59,935 nt of DNA from Verrucomicrobiota bacterium. Lineage in GTDB: Bacteria; Verrucomicrobiota; Verrucomicrobiia; Limisphaerales; UBA8199. The stretch lies in assembly GCA_029974925.1 (NCBI GenBank), contig JARKQH010000351.1:1-59935 (forward strand). Direction: 5' to 3'. The first letter of the stretch is position 1, and the number at the start of each line of letters is the position of its first letter. The notes under the pieces were generated by a model that saw only the letters and a program-made list of their open reading frames with translations, was not told the origin of the DNA and searched no databases. Made by a program: the position numbers and the translations under genes. Positions 18,148-26,810 of the stretch are shown piece by piece.

Positions 18148-19479
18148 ATGAATATGCAGAACGAACGACGTAAGTGGAAATCGGCGGCGCTGGTGGCGGC
18201 GCTGGCAGTGGCGCTGCTGGCCCTGGCGCCGCCGGCCAGGGCGGAGACATATTGGAGCGCGAAGGATGGCATGCCGTGGCCGTGGAATCCGGGCTGGCCG
18301 GCGCTGTGGCTCAGCAACAGCCCGAGCGGGGAGCACCACTTGCTCCTGGATAACGACCAGGCTGTGGTGGCCACGGCGCAGGGCTTGCTCAGCGGGGCGA
18401 TCGCGATGGAGAGCCTACAGGAGGACCCACCGACACCGCCAGGGGGCGGAGGCGGGGGCGGCGAGCCGGAACCGGAGCCCTATACGAATGCCCTGGTGCA
18501 GGTGATCGGGATGATGTGTTACAGCAACCTGACGCCGGTGACATGGGGGCTGCGGGACGGCAGCGGACGTGACCAGAGCTGGCCGAACTGGACAGTACCC
18601 AGTCCGCCCATAGACCCCAACGGCGGGACTATGCACGTGCTCTGGGAAAACCCGGACCCCGCCCTGATGAGCAGTCAGGAATGGACCGGATTCTGCATTG
18701 TGGACATTACGAAGGAGTTCGACGGGCAGACTGTCACACTACGAACCAACGACGTGCAGACTGTTACGTTTCCCCCTGAGGTGGCCGTCTCGCCATACTT
18801 CGGGCTCTCCTTCCAGTTTACACCCACGACGTTCACATTCGTGTTTGCCTGGACGAACGAACAAGGCCAGGTCGCCACGGCCTATTCCAATCACGTGTTC
18901 CACGCCCCGGACCTGACAGGAAAATTGGACACCAACCTGTTTTTATATTGGGCCACGAACAGGTTTGCCTTCACGAATGAGACGCAGTATTGGCAGCACA
19001 CGGCCGTCTTGTGGGCTTATCCGTATTTTAAGGTGGAAACCAATCAAAACTCCGAGGTGAAGACAAACTGGCACTTTATCACGCACGTGCTCAACCCGGT
19101 GGGACACTGGATGGCGCGGAAGGGGTATGTGACCCAGGAGCTTGAGCGCGGCATCAAGGAACTCTATGGCAACCAGTTTGACAGCCCGTTTGGCGGGCTG
19201 GGTGGTGGGGGTTTTGGCCGCGGATATTACATTCCGCGCGAGCGGCAACGGCGCTGGACCGGCGAGGACTTTCTGCGCGAGTTTGGCACAGACGGCGACC
19301 GCCCTGTGGAAGTACCCCCAAGCCAGCTCTACAATCCGCCACGCGAAAGGTACAATGGGGTGCCGAGCTACGAGATCATCGTGATCACCAACGTCCCGCC
19401 AGGAGGCATGTGGGTGACATGCGAACTAGTGCCCTACGGTTGGCAGTATGAAGGCACCAATGTCTGGACCTATCCTTAG
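18148..19479 (+). CDS. Exported hypothetical protein with Pro/Gly linker
   Basis: Clear signal peptide ...AALVAALAVALLALAPPARA|E; PPTPPGGGGGGGEPEPEP linker; beta-rich body. Confidence 0.8.
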   Translation: MNMQNERRKWKSAALVAALAVALLALAPPARAETYWSAKDGMPWPWNPGWPALWLSNSPSGEHHLLLDNDQAVVATAQGLLSGAIAMESLQEDPPTPPGGGGGGGEPEPEPYTNALVQVIGMMCYSNLTPVTWGLRDGSGRDQSWPNWTVPSPPIDPNGGTMHVLWENPDPALMSSQEWTGFCIVDITKEFDGQTVTLRTNDVQTVTFPPEVAVSPYFGLSFQFTPTTFTFVFAWTNEQGQVATAYSNHVFHAPDLTGKLDTNLFLYWATNRFAFTNETQYWQHTAVLWAYPYFKVETNQNSEVKTNWHFITHVLNPVGHWMARKGYVTQELERGIKELYGNQFDSPFGGLGGGGFGRGYYIPRERQRRWTGEDFLREFGTDGDRPVEVPPSQLYNPPRERYNGVPSYEIIVITNVPPGGMWVTCELVPYGWQYEGTNVWTYP

Positions 19480-19650
19480 AATAGCAGCTTGCGGATGAGC
19501 CAGCAAACTGGTGCGGCGGCGCCGCTTGTGTGCCACGGAATAAGGAACATGACGACCAAAGGTTTAAGGAAGGATATGCCGAGCACGACGTGGGTGAAGG
19601 TCGTCGCGCCGGCGGCCAAAAGGCCAACCTTGAACCAAGAGTCCGTGCTC

Positions 19651-20154
19651 ATGCGCTGGCGCAGCCTAACCCGGCTGGCGTTACGAATCAAGCTTTGGGT
19701 GCTGGTGGCTGGGTGGGTTGAAGCCGTGTGGGCCGCCGAGCCGCCAGCGCTGCCGCCGCTGCCGGCCGCGCCGGCGCCGGGCCGGGTGAGTGTGACGCTG
19801 GCGTGGGAGGCGAGCCCAAGTCCGGAAGTGACACGGTACCGGGTGTACTGGGGGCCAAGCAAGGGACAATACACAAATTATGTGGAAACGCCGTTGCGGG
19901 TGCTGACGATCCCAGGGCTCATGCTCCCGCAATACTTTGCGGCGACGGCGGTAAGCAGCAACGGGCTGGAAAGCGCGTTCAGTGACGAGGTGGGCGGGCG
20001 GCCTGTGACGGTCGTGTGGGTGCAGGGGCGCACAAACCTGACCAGCGGACAGGGGTGGACGAGGTGGACGGAGTTGGCGGAGGCGGTGGTGGATAGGGCG
20101 CGGCTGCCGGAGCAGTTGTACCTCAGACTGCGGATGACGAATGAGTGGCGATGA
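19651..20154 (+). CDS. Exported fibronectin type III-like protein
   Basis: VTLAWEASPSPEVTRYRVYWG...YFAATAVSSNGLESAFSDEV FN3-like motif after a signal-like N-terminus; start uncertain (in-frame upstream ATGs exist). Confidence 0.75.
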   Translation: MRWRSLTRLALRIKLWVLVAGWVEAVWAAEPPALPPLPAAPAPGRVSVTLAWEASPSPEVTRYRVYWGPSKGQYTNYVETPLRVLTIPGLMLPQYFAATAVSSNGLESAFSDEVGGRPVTVVWVQGRTNLTSGQGWTRWTELAEAVVDRARLPEQLYLRLRMTNEWR

Positions 20155-20405
20155 GCGCGAGGGTTGACAGGTCTGGGTATCCAGGGGGATGGCAGGGGCT
20201 GACGCAGCGGGAGTGGGAGGTGGCGATCGCGCTGGCGCGGGACAGGAGTGTGAAGGAGATTGCAGCGGAGCTGGGGGTGAGCGCGAAGACGGTGGAATAT
20301 TATTGGGCACGGATCAAGGCGAAGGTTGGGGTGCGGAGCTATGTGGGGCTCACGCTGTGGATGGCGAGGCGGGGCCTGTTGAGATTTCCGGGGCGCGAAA
20401 AATGA
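20151..20405 (+). CDS. Stand-alone LuxR/GerE-type helix-turn-helix protein
   Basis: LTQREWEV...KEIAAELGVSAKTVEYYWARIKAKVG; ATGA overlap with the upstream gene. Confidence 0.9.
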   Translation: MSARVDRSGYPGGWQGLTQREWEVAIALARDRSVKEIAAELGVSAKTVEYYWARIKAKVGVRSYVGLTLWMARRGLLRFPGREK

Positions 20406-20415
20406 ATACTGAACT

Positions 20416-20808
20416 ATGAGCACGCCTGTAATTAAACCGAGTGGCAATATTGCCATACTGTGGGGCACGGACAATGCAATGAGTGCGCCGAGCGGGGCGC
20501 TGATTGATACACTGCAGCTCACGCCGAAGAATGGCTCGCCGATCGAGATCGAAGGCAATCAGGGGTTCACCGCGATCCAGGTGGGCCTGCGGGATGGGTT
20601 CGATGCGCGAGCGACCTGTGTCTATGATGCCAATAAGGCATACCCGAAAGAGGGGGACACGGTGATCCTGGTGGGGCCGAAGCAAGACGGGAATAGCGGG
20701 ACCACAAACTACAACTGCACGTTTTGGGCCTGGCAATTCGGCCGCGCGAAGAAGGGGCAGGCGACGATCGAGTTGATGTTCACGCATCGGCCGGACATCA
20801 ACGGGTGA
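20416..20808 (+). CDS. Probable major tail tube protein
   Basis: 130-aa beta-rich protein upstream of the chaperone/tape measure; assignment mainly by position. Confidence 0.55.
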   Translation: MSTPVIKPSGNIAILWGTDNAMSAPSGALIDTLQLTPKNGSPIEIEGNQGFTAIQVGLRDGFDARATCVYDANKAYPKEGDTVILVGPKQDGNSGTTNYNCTFWAWQFGRAKKGQATIELMFTHRPDING

Positions 20809-20831
20809 AGTGGGACCGATAGCCAGGAGCC

Positions 20832-21926
20832 ATGAGGACGATCATGCGGAGGGCTGGCTGGTGCATCGCGGCGGCGGCGCTGGGGTGCTGCTGGAGTGTC
20901 GCGGCGCAGTTCGCGACGGTGACTGGCACGATCCTGGGCTGGACGAATTGCACGGGCCCGGGCACGAACGTCAGTTTCACGCCGGATTCGCCATATATCC
21001 TGGTCGGGACGAACCTGTATGTGACGAGCCGGCAGGAGGCGCCCATCGGGACCGACGGGAGCTTCGGACTGCAATTGGCTCCCGGGGGATACAAGGTGCG
21101 GATGCCTGGAGTGCCCGGATATGTGCCGATTGTCGTGCCGGACACGACGAACACCTATGTGTTCAGCGAGTTGGTGACGAATGCGCCGACGTTCAACTGG
21201 ACGAACTATGTCTATCCGGTGCCGATTGCGGCCTGGGCGGCATACGATGCCGGATCGAGCACGCTGGATTTGACGGAGGCGACAAATCTGGCGGCGGGGC
21301 AGACGGTGGTGCTGGACTTGCTGGTCGTGACGAACCGCGGGATATATGGGGCGATTTGGGGGGCGATTTATTTGGATGCGACAAGTCGGGCGGTGGCAAT
21401 CGGGCTGGACCCGATCTGGACGAACGGGCAATCGAGTTTGATTGTGGGGGATGGGGCCGGGGTATCGGGGAGTCACTCGGCCGCCGTCGGGCTGCGCGCG
21501 GAGGTGGTGGATGGGGCGAGCTGTGTGGCGCTGGGGGAAGATGCGAGCGCGAGCGGTTTCAGCAGCATTGCCATCGGCAACTATGCGAGCGCGACGGCCA
21601 ACGGGTCCGTGGCGATCGGGGCGCTGGGGGCCGCGGCCGGGGCAAATACGATCGTGATCAATGCGCTGGGGAGCGGACTGGAAGAGACCAATATCCAGCG
21701 GGTGGTGCTGGCCGGGGCAGGGATCCGGTTGGTCGGGGAAGTTTTTGGGGCGGGCCCGCTGGCCATGACCAACGGGTACTACTTCCCGAGCAACGCGCTG
21801 AGCGCCTGGCCGGCGGCGCCACGGAGCGAAGGGGAGGCATTCATTGGGAACTCCAATGGTGTCGTCTATCTGCTGACGTCGGGGACGGGTTTGAGTTGGA
21901 CGAGCACGAACAAACTTGGACCATGA
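20832..21926 (+). CDS. Tail-fibre/adhesin-like protein with signal peptide, Stf-like N domain and YadA-head repeats
   Basis: MRTIMRRAGWCIAAAALGCCWSVAA|Q signal; TVTGTI...DGSFGLQLAPGGYKV N domain; repeats AVAIG, SAAVG, CVALG, SIAIG, SVAIG. Confidence 0.8.
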   Translation: MRTIMRRAGWCIAAAALGCCWSVAAQFATVTGTILGWTNCTGPGTNVSFTPDSPYILVGTNLYVTSRQEAPIGTDGSFGLQLAPGGYKVRMPGVPGYVPIVVPDTTNTYVFSELVTNAPTFNWTNYVYPVPIAAWAAYDAGSSTLDLTEATNLAAGQTVVLDLLVVTNRGIYGAIWGAIYLDATSRAVAIGLDPIWTNGQSSLIVGDGAGVSGSHSAAVGLRAEVVDGASCVALGEDASASGFSSIAIGNYASATANGSVAIGALGAAAGANTIVINALGSGLEETNIQRVVLAGAGIRLVGEVFGAGPLAMTNGYYFPSNALSAWPAAPRSEGEAFIGNSNGVVYLLTSGTGLSWTSTNKLGP

Positions 21927-21927
21927 G

Positions 21928-22488
21928 ATGAGCGACGCGGACGAATTGTATCCAGGGCAGAAACGGGAAGTGGCGGAGCGGGCGGCGCGGGAGGCGGCAT
22001 ACGCGCAGGCGAATGGGGCGGTGTTGCCCGGGCCATTGGCTGAGGCGATTGAGCCGGAGCCGGTCGAGGTGGCCGGGTTGCGGGTGCGGCGGGTGGTACA
22101 TTACGATTTCGTGTTGCTGCGGCGGCTCAACAGCCCGCTGCTGAAGCAACTGGCGCGTGCGGCCGAGGGCCAAGCAGGCGGGACGGAGTTTTCGGACGAG
22201 GATGCGTACGTGATGGTCTGGCAGTTTACGCGGCCGGTGCGCGAGGCGGCGGCCTATCTGGCGGAGCATGGGGCTAATGGCGTGAGGGCGGCAGCGCTGG
22301 AGAGCATCGGATGCGCGTTGGGCCCGGTGGAGGTGGGATTGCTGGTCCAGGCGGTGGAACGTGAGTTCGTGCGGGCGCTGAGCACGGTGGTGAAATATGA
22401 ACCGGCGAGGCCCGCGGGGGCAGATGGCGGAGGCGCGGTTTTTATGCCGCCACCAGCGGGCCGGATGACGGGCTCGGCTGGTGGCTAG
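21928..22488 (+). CDS. Tail assembly chaperone (lambda gpG-equivalent)
   Basis: Directly upstream of the tape measure, with a slippery site near its 3' end. Confidence 0.75.
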   Translation: MSDADELYPGQKREVAERAAREAAYAQANGAVLPGPLAEAIEPEPVEVAGLRVRRVVHYDFVLLRRLNSPLLKQLARAAEGQAGGTEFSDEDAYVMVWQFTRPVREAAAYLAEHGANGVRAAALESIGCALGPVEVGLLVQAVEREFVRALSTVVKYEPARPAGADGGGAVFMPPPAGRMTGSAGG

Positions 22489-22685
22489 ACTATATGTGCC
22501 GGCTGGTCAAAACGTATGGGTTCGCGCGGGAATGGGTGCTCTATGACCTGCCGAGTTGCGAGGGTTGGGCGTGGTATTCCTGGGCATGGGAGAATCTGGA
22601 ATGGGGCGGGGTGGAGCGGGCGAGCCTAGGCTATGTTGGGGCGGAAGCGGAGAGGATTTTGAGTCGAGGCGGTAGGGTGAAATAA
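22440..22685 (+). CDS. -1 frameshift extension of the tail chaperone (gpGT-equivalent)
   Basis: -1 frame open from G GTT TTT (22437-22443): FYAATSGPDDGLGWWLDYMCRLVKTYG... to the stop 3 nt before the tape measure. Confidence 0.7.
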   Translation, partial: FYAATSGPDDGLGWWLDYMCRLVKTYGFAREWVLYDLPSCEGWAWYSWAWENLEWGGVERASLGYVGAEAERILSRGGRVK

Positions 22686-22688
22686 AGT

Positions 22689-23996
22689 ATGGCTGGAGTC
22701 CTGTCATTCACGCTGGGGCTGGAGGGCTCGAATTTTCTGCGGACTTTGGGCATGGCCTCGGGGCAGGTGTTGAGCTTCGCGGCCGTCATGGAGGGGGTGA
22801 GCCGGATTGCAGGGGCGACCTGGGCGCAGATCGAGCGGGGGGGCGCGCTGAGCGATTTGAGCGCGCGGACGGGCGAGAGTGTGCGCGGCTTGTATCAACT
22901 GGAGGAGGCGCTGAAGGTGGCGGGATTGGGTGCGGGTTCGTTGGCGCCGATGCTGGGACAGTTGCAGCAGGCCATGAGCGGCATTGATATGCGGGGGGAG
23001 CGGACGGAGAAGGTTTTCTGGGCGCTGGGGCTGGACTTGGAGCAGTTGCGCAAGGCCGGCGCGGTGGAGCAGTTCGAGGCGCTGGCTGGGGCGCTGGGGC
23101 AACTGGACAAGACGAGCGCGGCCGGGGTGGCGGCGAAGTTGTTTGGGCGGGAAGGGGGCGGCGCGTTTTTGCAGGTGGCGCGGGACATGGCTGGATTTCG
23201 GGAGGCACTTGCTGCGAGTGCGCAGACGGCCGCCTTGTTTGAGGAGCGTGCCCGGGCGTTTGACCGCATTGGGGATACGCTGACGATCATCAAGAGCCGG
23301 GTCGGGGGCTTGTTCGCCGGGATAGCCGAGGGAGCCGCGCCGGCGCTGCAGGCGATCTTGGATTTCGTCAATGGTCTGGATTTCGAGGGGATCGGCCAGC
23401 GGATTGGGGGGATTTTGACGGCCATCACGCAGGCGTTCCGCGAGGGGCGGGTGAGCGAATTGATAGCGGTGTCCATTCACGCGGGTTTGGTGGCGGGATT
23501 CAAGGCGCTGCCGGATTTGGTCATTGCCGGTTTTGCGAAGGCTCTGGAAAATAAATACGTCAAGATGGTCATTGGGGCCACCAGTCCGCTGGCCTTGGCT
23601 GGATTGGAGCTGTACAAGGGGCCGGGACTGAGCTGGTCTGAGATCAGCAAAGGTGCGCTGGCGAGCATGTTGGACGATCTGGGGGAGGCAGGGGCTCCGT
23701 TGCAGAAGCTGATTGATGAGTTGGTGCAGAATGCCGGTGCGCCTCGGCCTGCGGTGTCTGGGGCGAAGCTGGGGCGGAGTTTGTCGGGGTTGCTCCAGAG
23801 CGAGGGGAAGGGCTACAAGCCTGAGTTCACCGAGATCGAAAAACTGGGCTTTGTGTTTACTGGCGGTGGCCCTGGAGCGCTGGATTACCAGCGGCAGACG
23901 AGCGTCAATACGGCGAAGATGGTGGACTTGTTCAAGATTGGGCTCGATCTGCTGACGCAACAATTGCGGGCGGCGACATTCGCGAATATCGGATGA
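22689..23996 (+). CDS. Tape measure protein (short, 435 aa)
   Basis: Ala/Gly/Leu-rich helical protein; LSDLSARTGES, KLFGREG motifs; hydrophobic central part. Confidence 0.85.
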   Translation: MAGVLSFTLGLEGSNFLRTLGMASGQVLSFAAVMEGVSRIAGATWAQIERGGALSDLSARTGESVRGLYQLEEALKVAGLGAGSLAPMLGQLQQAMSGIDMRGERTEKVFWALGLDLEQLRKAGAVEQFEALAGALGQLDKTSAAGVAAKLFGREGGGAFLQVARDMAGFREALAASAQTAALFEERARAFDRIGDTLTIIKSRVGGLFAGIAEGAAPALQAILDFVNGLDFEGIGQRIGGILTAITQAFREGRVSELIAVSIHAGLVAGFKALPDLVIAGFAKALENKYVKMVIGATSPLALAGLELYKGPGLSWSEISKGALASMLDDLGEAGAPLQKLIDELVQNAGAPRPAVSGAKLGRSLSGLLQSEGKGYKPEFTEIEKLGFVFTGGGPGALDYQRQTSVNTAKMVDLFKIGLDLLTQQLRAATFANIG

Positions 23997-24277
23997 AAAT
24001 TGTGAGCTTAAAAGTGGCAGGCATAGAGGAGACACCGGCGGCGGCGCCGGCGGGACCGAGGCAAGTGGTGGCGGATGAGCCGGAGCCGGGGTTTATTCGG
24101 AAGATCACGCTAGGCCCGGAGGGATTGATGATTTGCCGGGGGGAGGTGGCGGTATTGGTGCCGCTGAGCGGGCTGATAAGCGTGGCATTGGAGGCGGAGC
24201 CGGCATTGCGAGCGGCGTGTGAGTCGAGCATTTGCCACGATGGCAACAGCAGAACTAATAAGACTGCAGGGGAGTGA
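23993..24277 (+). CDS. Hypothetical tail-region protein
   Basis: 94 aa; overlaps both neighbours by 4 nt. Confidence 0.65.
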   Translation: MKIVSLKVAGIEETPAAAPAGPRQVVADEPEPGFIRKITLGPEGLMICRGEVAVLVPLSGLISVALEAEPALRAACESSICHDGNSRTNKTAGE

Positions 24278-25008
24278 TGGCGGCGACACCGACATACGTA
24301 GGGGCGATAGCGACTCTGGCGGAGGACCCGGGGTCGCCGCAGACCGTACTTGGGGAGTCGGTGGTCAGGACGCGGACCTACCGCGGGACCTACGCGGTAT
24401 GCGCGGCGTCGGCATTGCCGCGGGGGACATTGGGGACGGGGGACGAGACGGGGTTCATTGTGCGGCAATGCACCTACGCGCGGGAGAAGGGGGACCGGGG
24501 GATATTGGTGGTCGAATGGGAGGCCACGGCCGGGAGCATATTACCAGCCCCACCGGATGAGTTCAGCCTTGAGCCGTTCGACATCAACCCGAGGGTGGAG
24601 CGGCATCCGAATTTCCAGAATGTGACCGCTCAAGAATTGGCGCAGATTTGGCAGGCGCGCAACGGGGCAACGGCGGATGAGCGGGATGAGGCGCTGCATT
24701 GGGTATATAAAAACGGCAGAGAGCATGCGGTGGTGCTTGTGGACTTGGTCGTCAAGGGAGTCGAGAATTACTATTTGAGCGGCTTGAAGTTTACGCAGTT
24801 GATTCACAGCTACGCGGCGCCGAGCTGCAGTTTGGGTGGATTTGTCCAGATGCCATTCGGGGCCGGATCAGGCTTGATCCCGAGCGGGGCGAGCTGGCTG
24901 CGCAAAGCGGATGGGCTGACATGGAGCGGCGGCGTCTATAAACTGACCAGGACATGGGTGGGCGCGCCGCTCGGCCATTGGGACCCGGTGATATATCCCG
25001 TGGTATGA
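24274..25008 (+). CDS. Putative distal tail/hub protein
   Basis: 244 aa after the tape measure; RTRTYRG and W-x-LTRTW patterns; positional call. Confidence 0.55.
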   Translation: MMAATPTYVGAIATLAEDPGSPQTVLGESVVRTRTYRGTYAVCAASALPRGTLGTGDETGFIVRQCTYAREKGDRGILVVEWEATAGSILPAPPDEFSLEPFDINPRVERHPNFQNVTAQELAQIWQARNGATADERDEALHWVYKNGREHAVVLVDLVVKGVENYYLSGLKFTQLIHSYAAPSCSLGGFVQMPFGAGSGLIPSGASWLRKADGLTWSGGVYKLTRTWVGAPLGHWDPVIYPVV

Positions 25009-25931
25009 GGTCTCCACTACGAGTTGGGCAGGATGCCAGGAGGAACTGGCGCAGGATTAACGAGCTGGATGCGGCCTTGGCCAGGACGGATCGCGCCGTA
25101 GAGGCCCAGGGGATTGAGCTGGCGGGGATGGGGAGATTGGCGGCATATCAGGGGTTGGGATTGCATCCATTCCGGCTATACCGGCTGACTTTGAGGCGGG
25201 TGGGGTGGAGCGGAGGCGCCGAGTGGCGGACTTTCCGCGTGCGGGCGGGGCGAGTGATGGGCACGGATGTGACGTCCGGGACGGATGGTGTGGCTGATCC
25301 CGACGGGGGTGTGAAGCCGGATGGGCCATTCGATGTGGTGGTGCCGGAGAATTGTCCGAGGTATTGGTTCTGGCTGGATTTGAGCGGGACGCCGACGGTG
25401 CGACATGGGGAGGACCCAGCACAATCCGGCTGGAGCGGATGTCCGGAGCCGGATGCGGAGCATGTGCCGATTGGGTGGGTGGATACGCGCAGCAAGGCCG
25501 CCGAGGGTATCGCGGTAGTCCGGCAGTTTTTGCGGGGCGATGTAGTGGTGGCCGGAGGGGGCGGCGCGGAGGTGAAGCGGTACCGCGTGAAAAGCGTCTC
25601 GGCGAATTATCTGGTTTGCCGCACGTGGGATGGCGCGAATGAGGGCGGGGCGGATGTCAATGTGGCCAAAGCGCCGGAGCTGCGACATGTGGCGAGTGAG
25701 GCTGTGGAGGGGATCACGATCTCTTACACGTATCAGTCGCGGCCCGACAATCTGGATGGCCAGCGGCTTGCCAGCGCGGCCGGGTTTGCCACCCAGACCG
25801 AGATTGTGATCCCGGTGTGGCGTGTGAACTCGGAGATTTGGGCGGTGAAGCCTTCCGGGGGCACGGGTGTGACCGAGGCGGCTTGGTTGGACCTGAATGC
25901 GGCCGGGCGGATGTGGTGCCAGGTATTGTAA
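25005..25931 (+). CDS. Putative tail tip/baseplate protein
   Basis: Start reassigned to ATG 25005 (ATGA overlap); N-terminal coiled coil then beta domains; 308 aa. Confidence 0.6.
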   Translation: MRSPLRVGQDARRNWRRINELDAALARTDRAVEAQGIELAGMGRLAAYQGLGLHPFRLYRLTLRRVGWSGGAEWRTFRVRAGRVMGTDVTSGTDGVADPDGGVKPDGPFDVVVPENCPRYWFWLDLSGTPTVRHGEDPAQSGWSGCPEPDAEHVPIGWVDTRSKAAEGIAVVRQFLRGDVVVAGGGGAEVKRYRVKSVSANYLVCRTWDGANEGGADVNVAKAPELRHVASEAVEGITISYTYQSRPDNLDGQRLASAAGFATQTEIVIPVWRVNSEIWAVKPSGGTGVTEAAWLDLNAAGRMWCQVL

Positions 25932-26806
25932 TGAGCATCCCTGCCAGCAGCATGTTGGGAAGCAGCCTGCGGAGCTCGATGCAAGGCGCAATGCTCCGCG
26001 AAGCGAGACGGGTCGGCATGTTATGCAGGGAGCATTTTGTTCTGCCAAATGCTATCTACCGGACGGAATGGTGGGCGGCCGATTCGGCGCATATTGCGGC
26101 GTCACACAGATTCATCGTAACATCATATGGCCCACCTGATACTCCATGGCCAACCATGTCGCATATTGAGACCAAGATCGTGGAGGCGCCGGGATGGACG
26201 TTGACAAGCGGGGCGTGGCAATTGCCCATGTGGGCGGTGCAATCTACCGGCGACCACTTCATCATCAATCGCGTTCCGGGATCATACAACGCCACGTATT
26301 TCACCACGATGGGTTCCATGGTCTTCCCGCAGCCTGGCGGCGAAATTTCCGATTCGATATTTCTGCGTCGTGGGCGATGGCGCATCACATATCAAGCGGA
26401 GATCGGCGATGTTGCGTTCTTCACTACTCAGGTGCAGGTGGGAGAATTTGAATATCAAGTCGAACATCGGGATTACGCAATTTTTGAGATATGGATGACA
26501 CCGCGCTGGAGCAGCATGGCGGCCAATAGCGTGCCGGGATCGAATTGGCTGCCGCCGGCGATGTGGGTGCCTGGCTCTGGGCCTGACCCGCGCGCCAAAT
26601 TAGTGGTGCGGGAATTAATAGGCCGGAACGGCTCGATCAGTGGCCAGCGTGAGCTCGATTTGTTCGACGGATGTTATTGGGCTGGATGGGTCTCAACGTT
26701 GGCTCTTGGCGATTACTACGTTTTTCCGGATTATATCCCCTGGCGGTGGCCGATCGGAGAAGAACAGTTCGGATCATATCTTGATGTCTGGTTTGAACGG
26801 ATCTGA
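25931..26806 (+). CDS. Last prophage gene, putative receptor-binding/tail protein
   Basis: Start at ATG 25931 (TAATG overlap); 291 aa, Trp/Tyr-rich, lower GC than neighbours. Confidence 0.65.
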   Translation: MSIPASSMLGSSLRSSMQGAMLREARRVGMLCREHFVLPNAIYRTEWWAADSAHIAASHRFIVTSYGPPDTPWPTMSHIETKIVEAPGWTLTSGAWQLPMWAVQSTGDHFIINRVPGSYNATYFTTMGSMVFPQPGGEISDSIFLRRGRWRITYQAEIGDVAFFTTQVQVGEFEYQVEHRDYAIFEIWMTPRWSSMAANSVPGSNWLPPAMWVPGSGPDPRAKLVVRELIGRNGSISGQRELDLFDGCYWAGWVSTLALGDYYVFPDYIPWRWPIGEEQFGSYLDVWFERI

Positions 26807-26810
26807 CTGT

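Noticed and set aside
19530-19721. 63-aa ORF between the 18148 gene and the FN3 gene
   Set aside because: Overlaps the FN3 frame and has no features; the true start of the FN3 gene is uncertain, so this region is left uncalled.
15078-26806. Diversity-generating retroelement or Gin-type invertible tail-fibre cassette
   Set aside because: No reverse transcriptase, no template/variable repeat pair, no serine invertase or flanking inverted sites seen.
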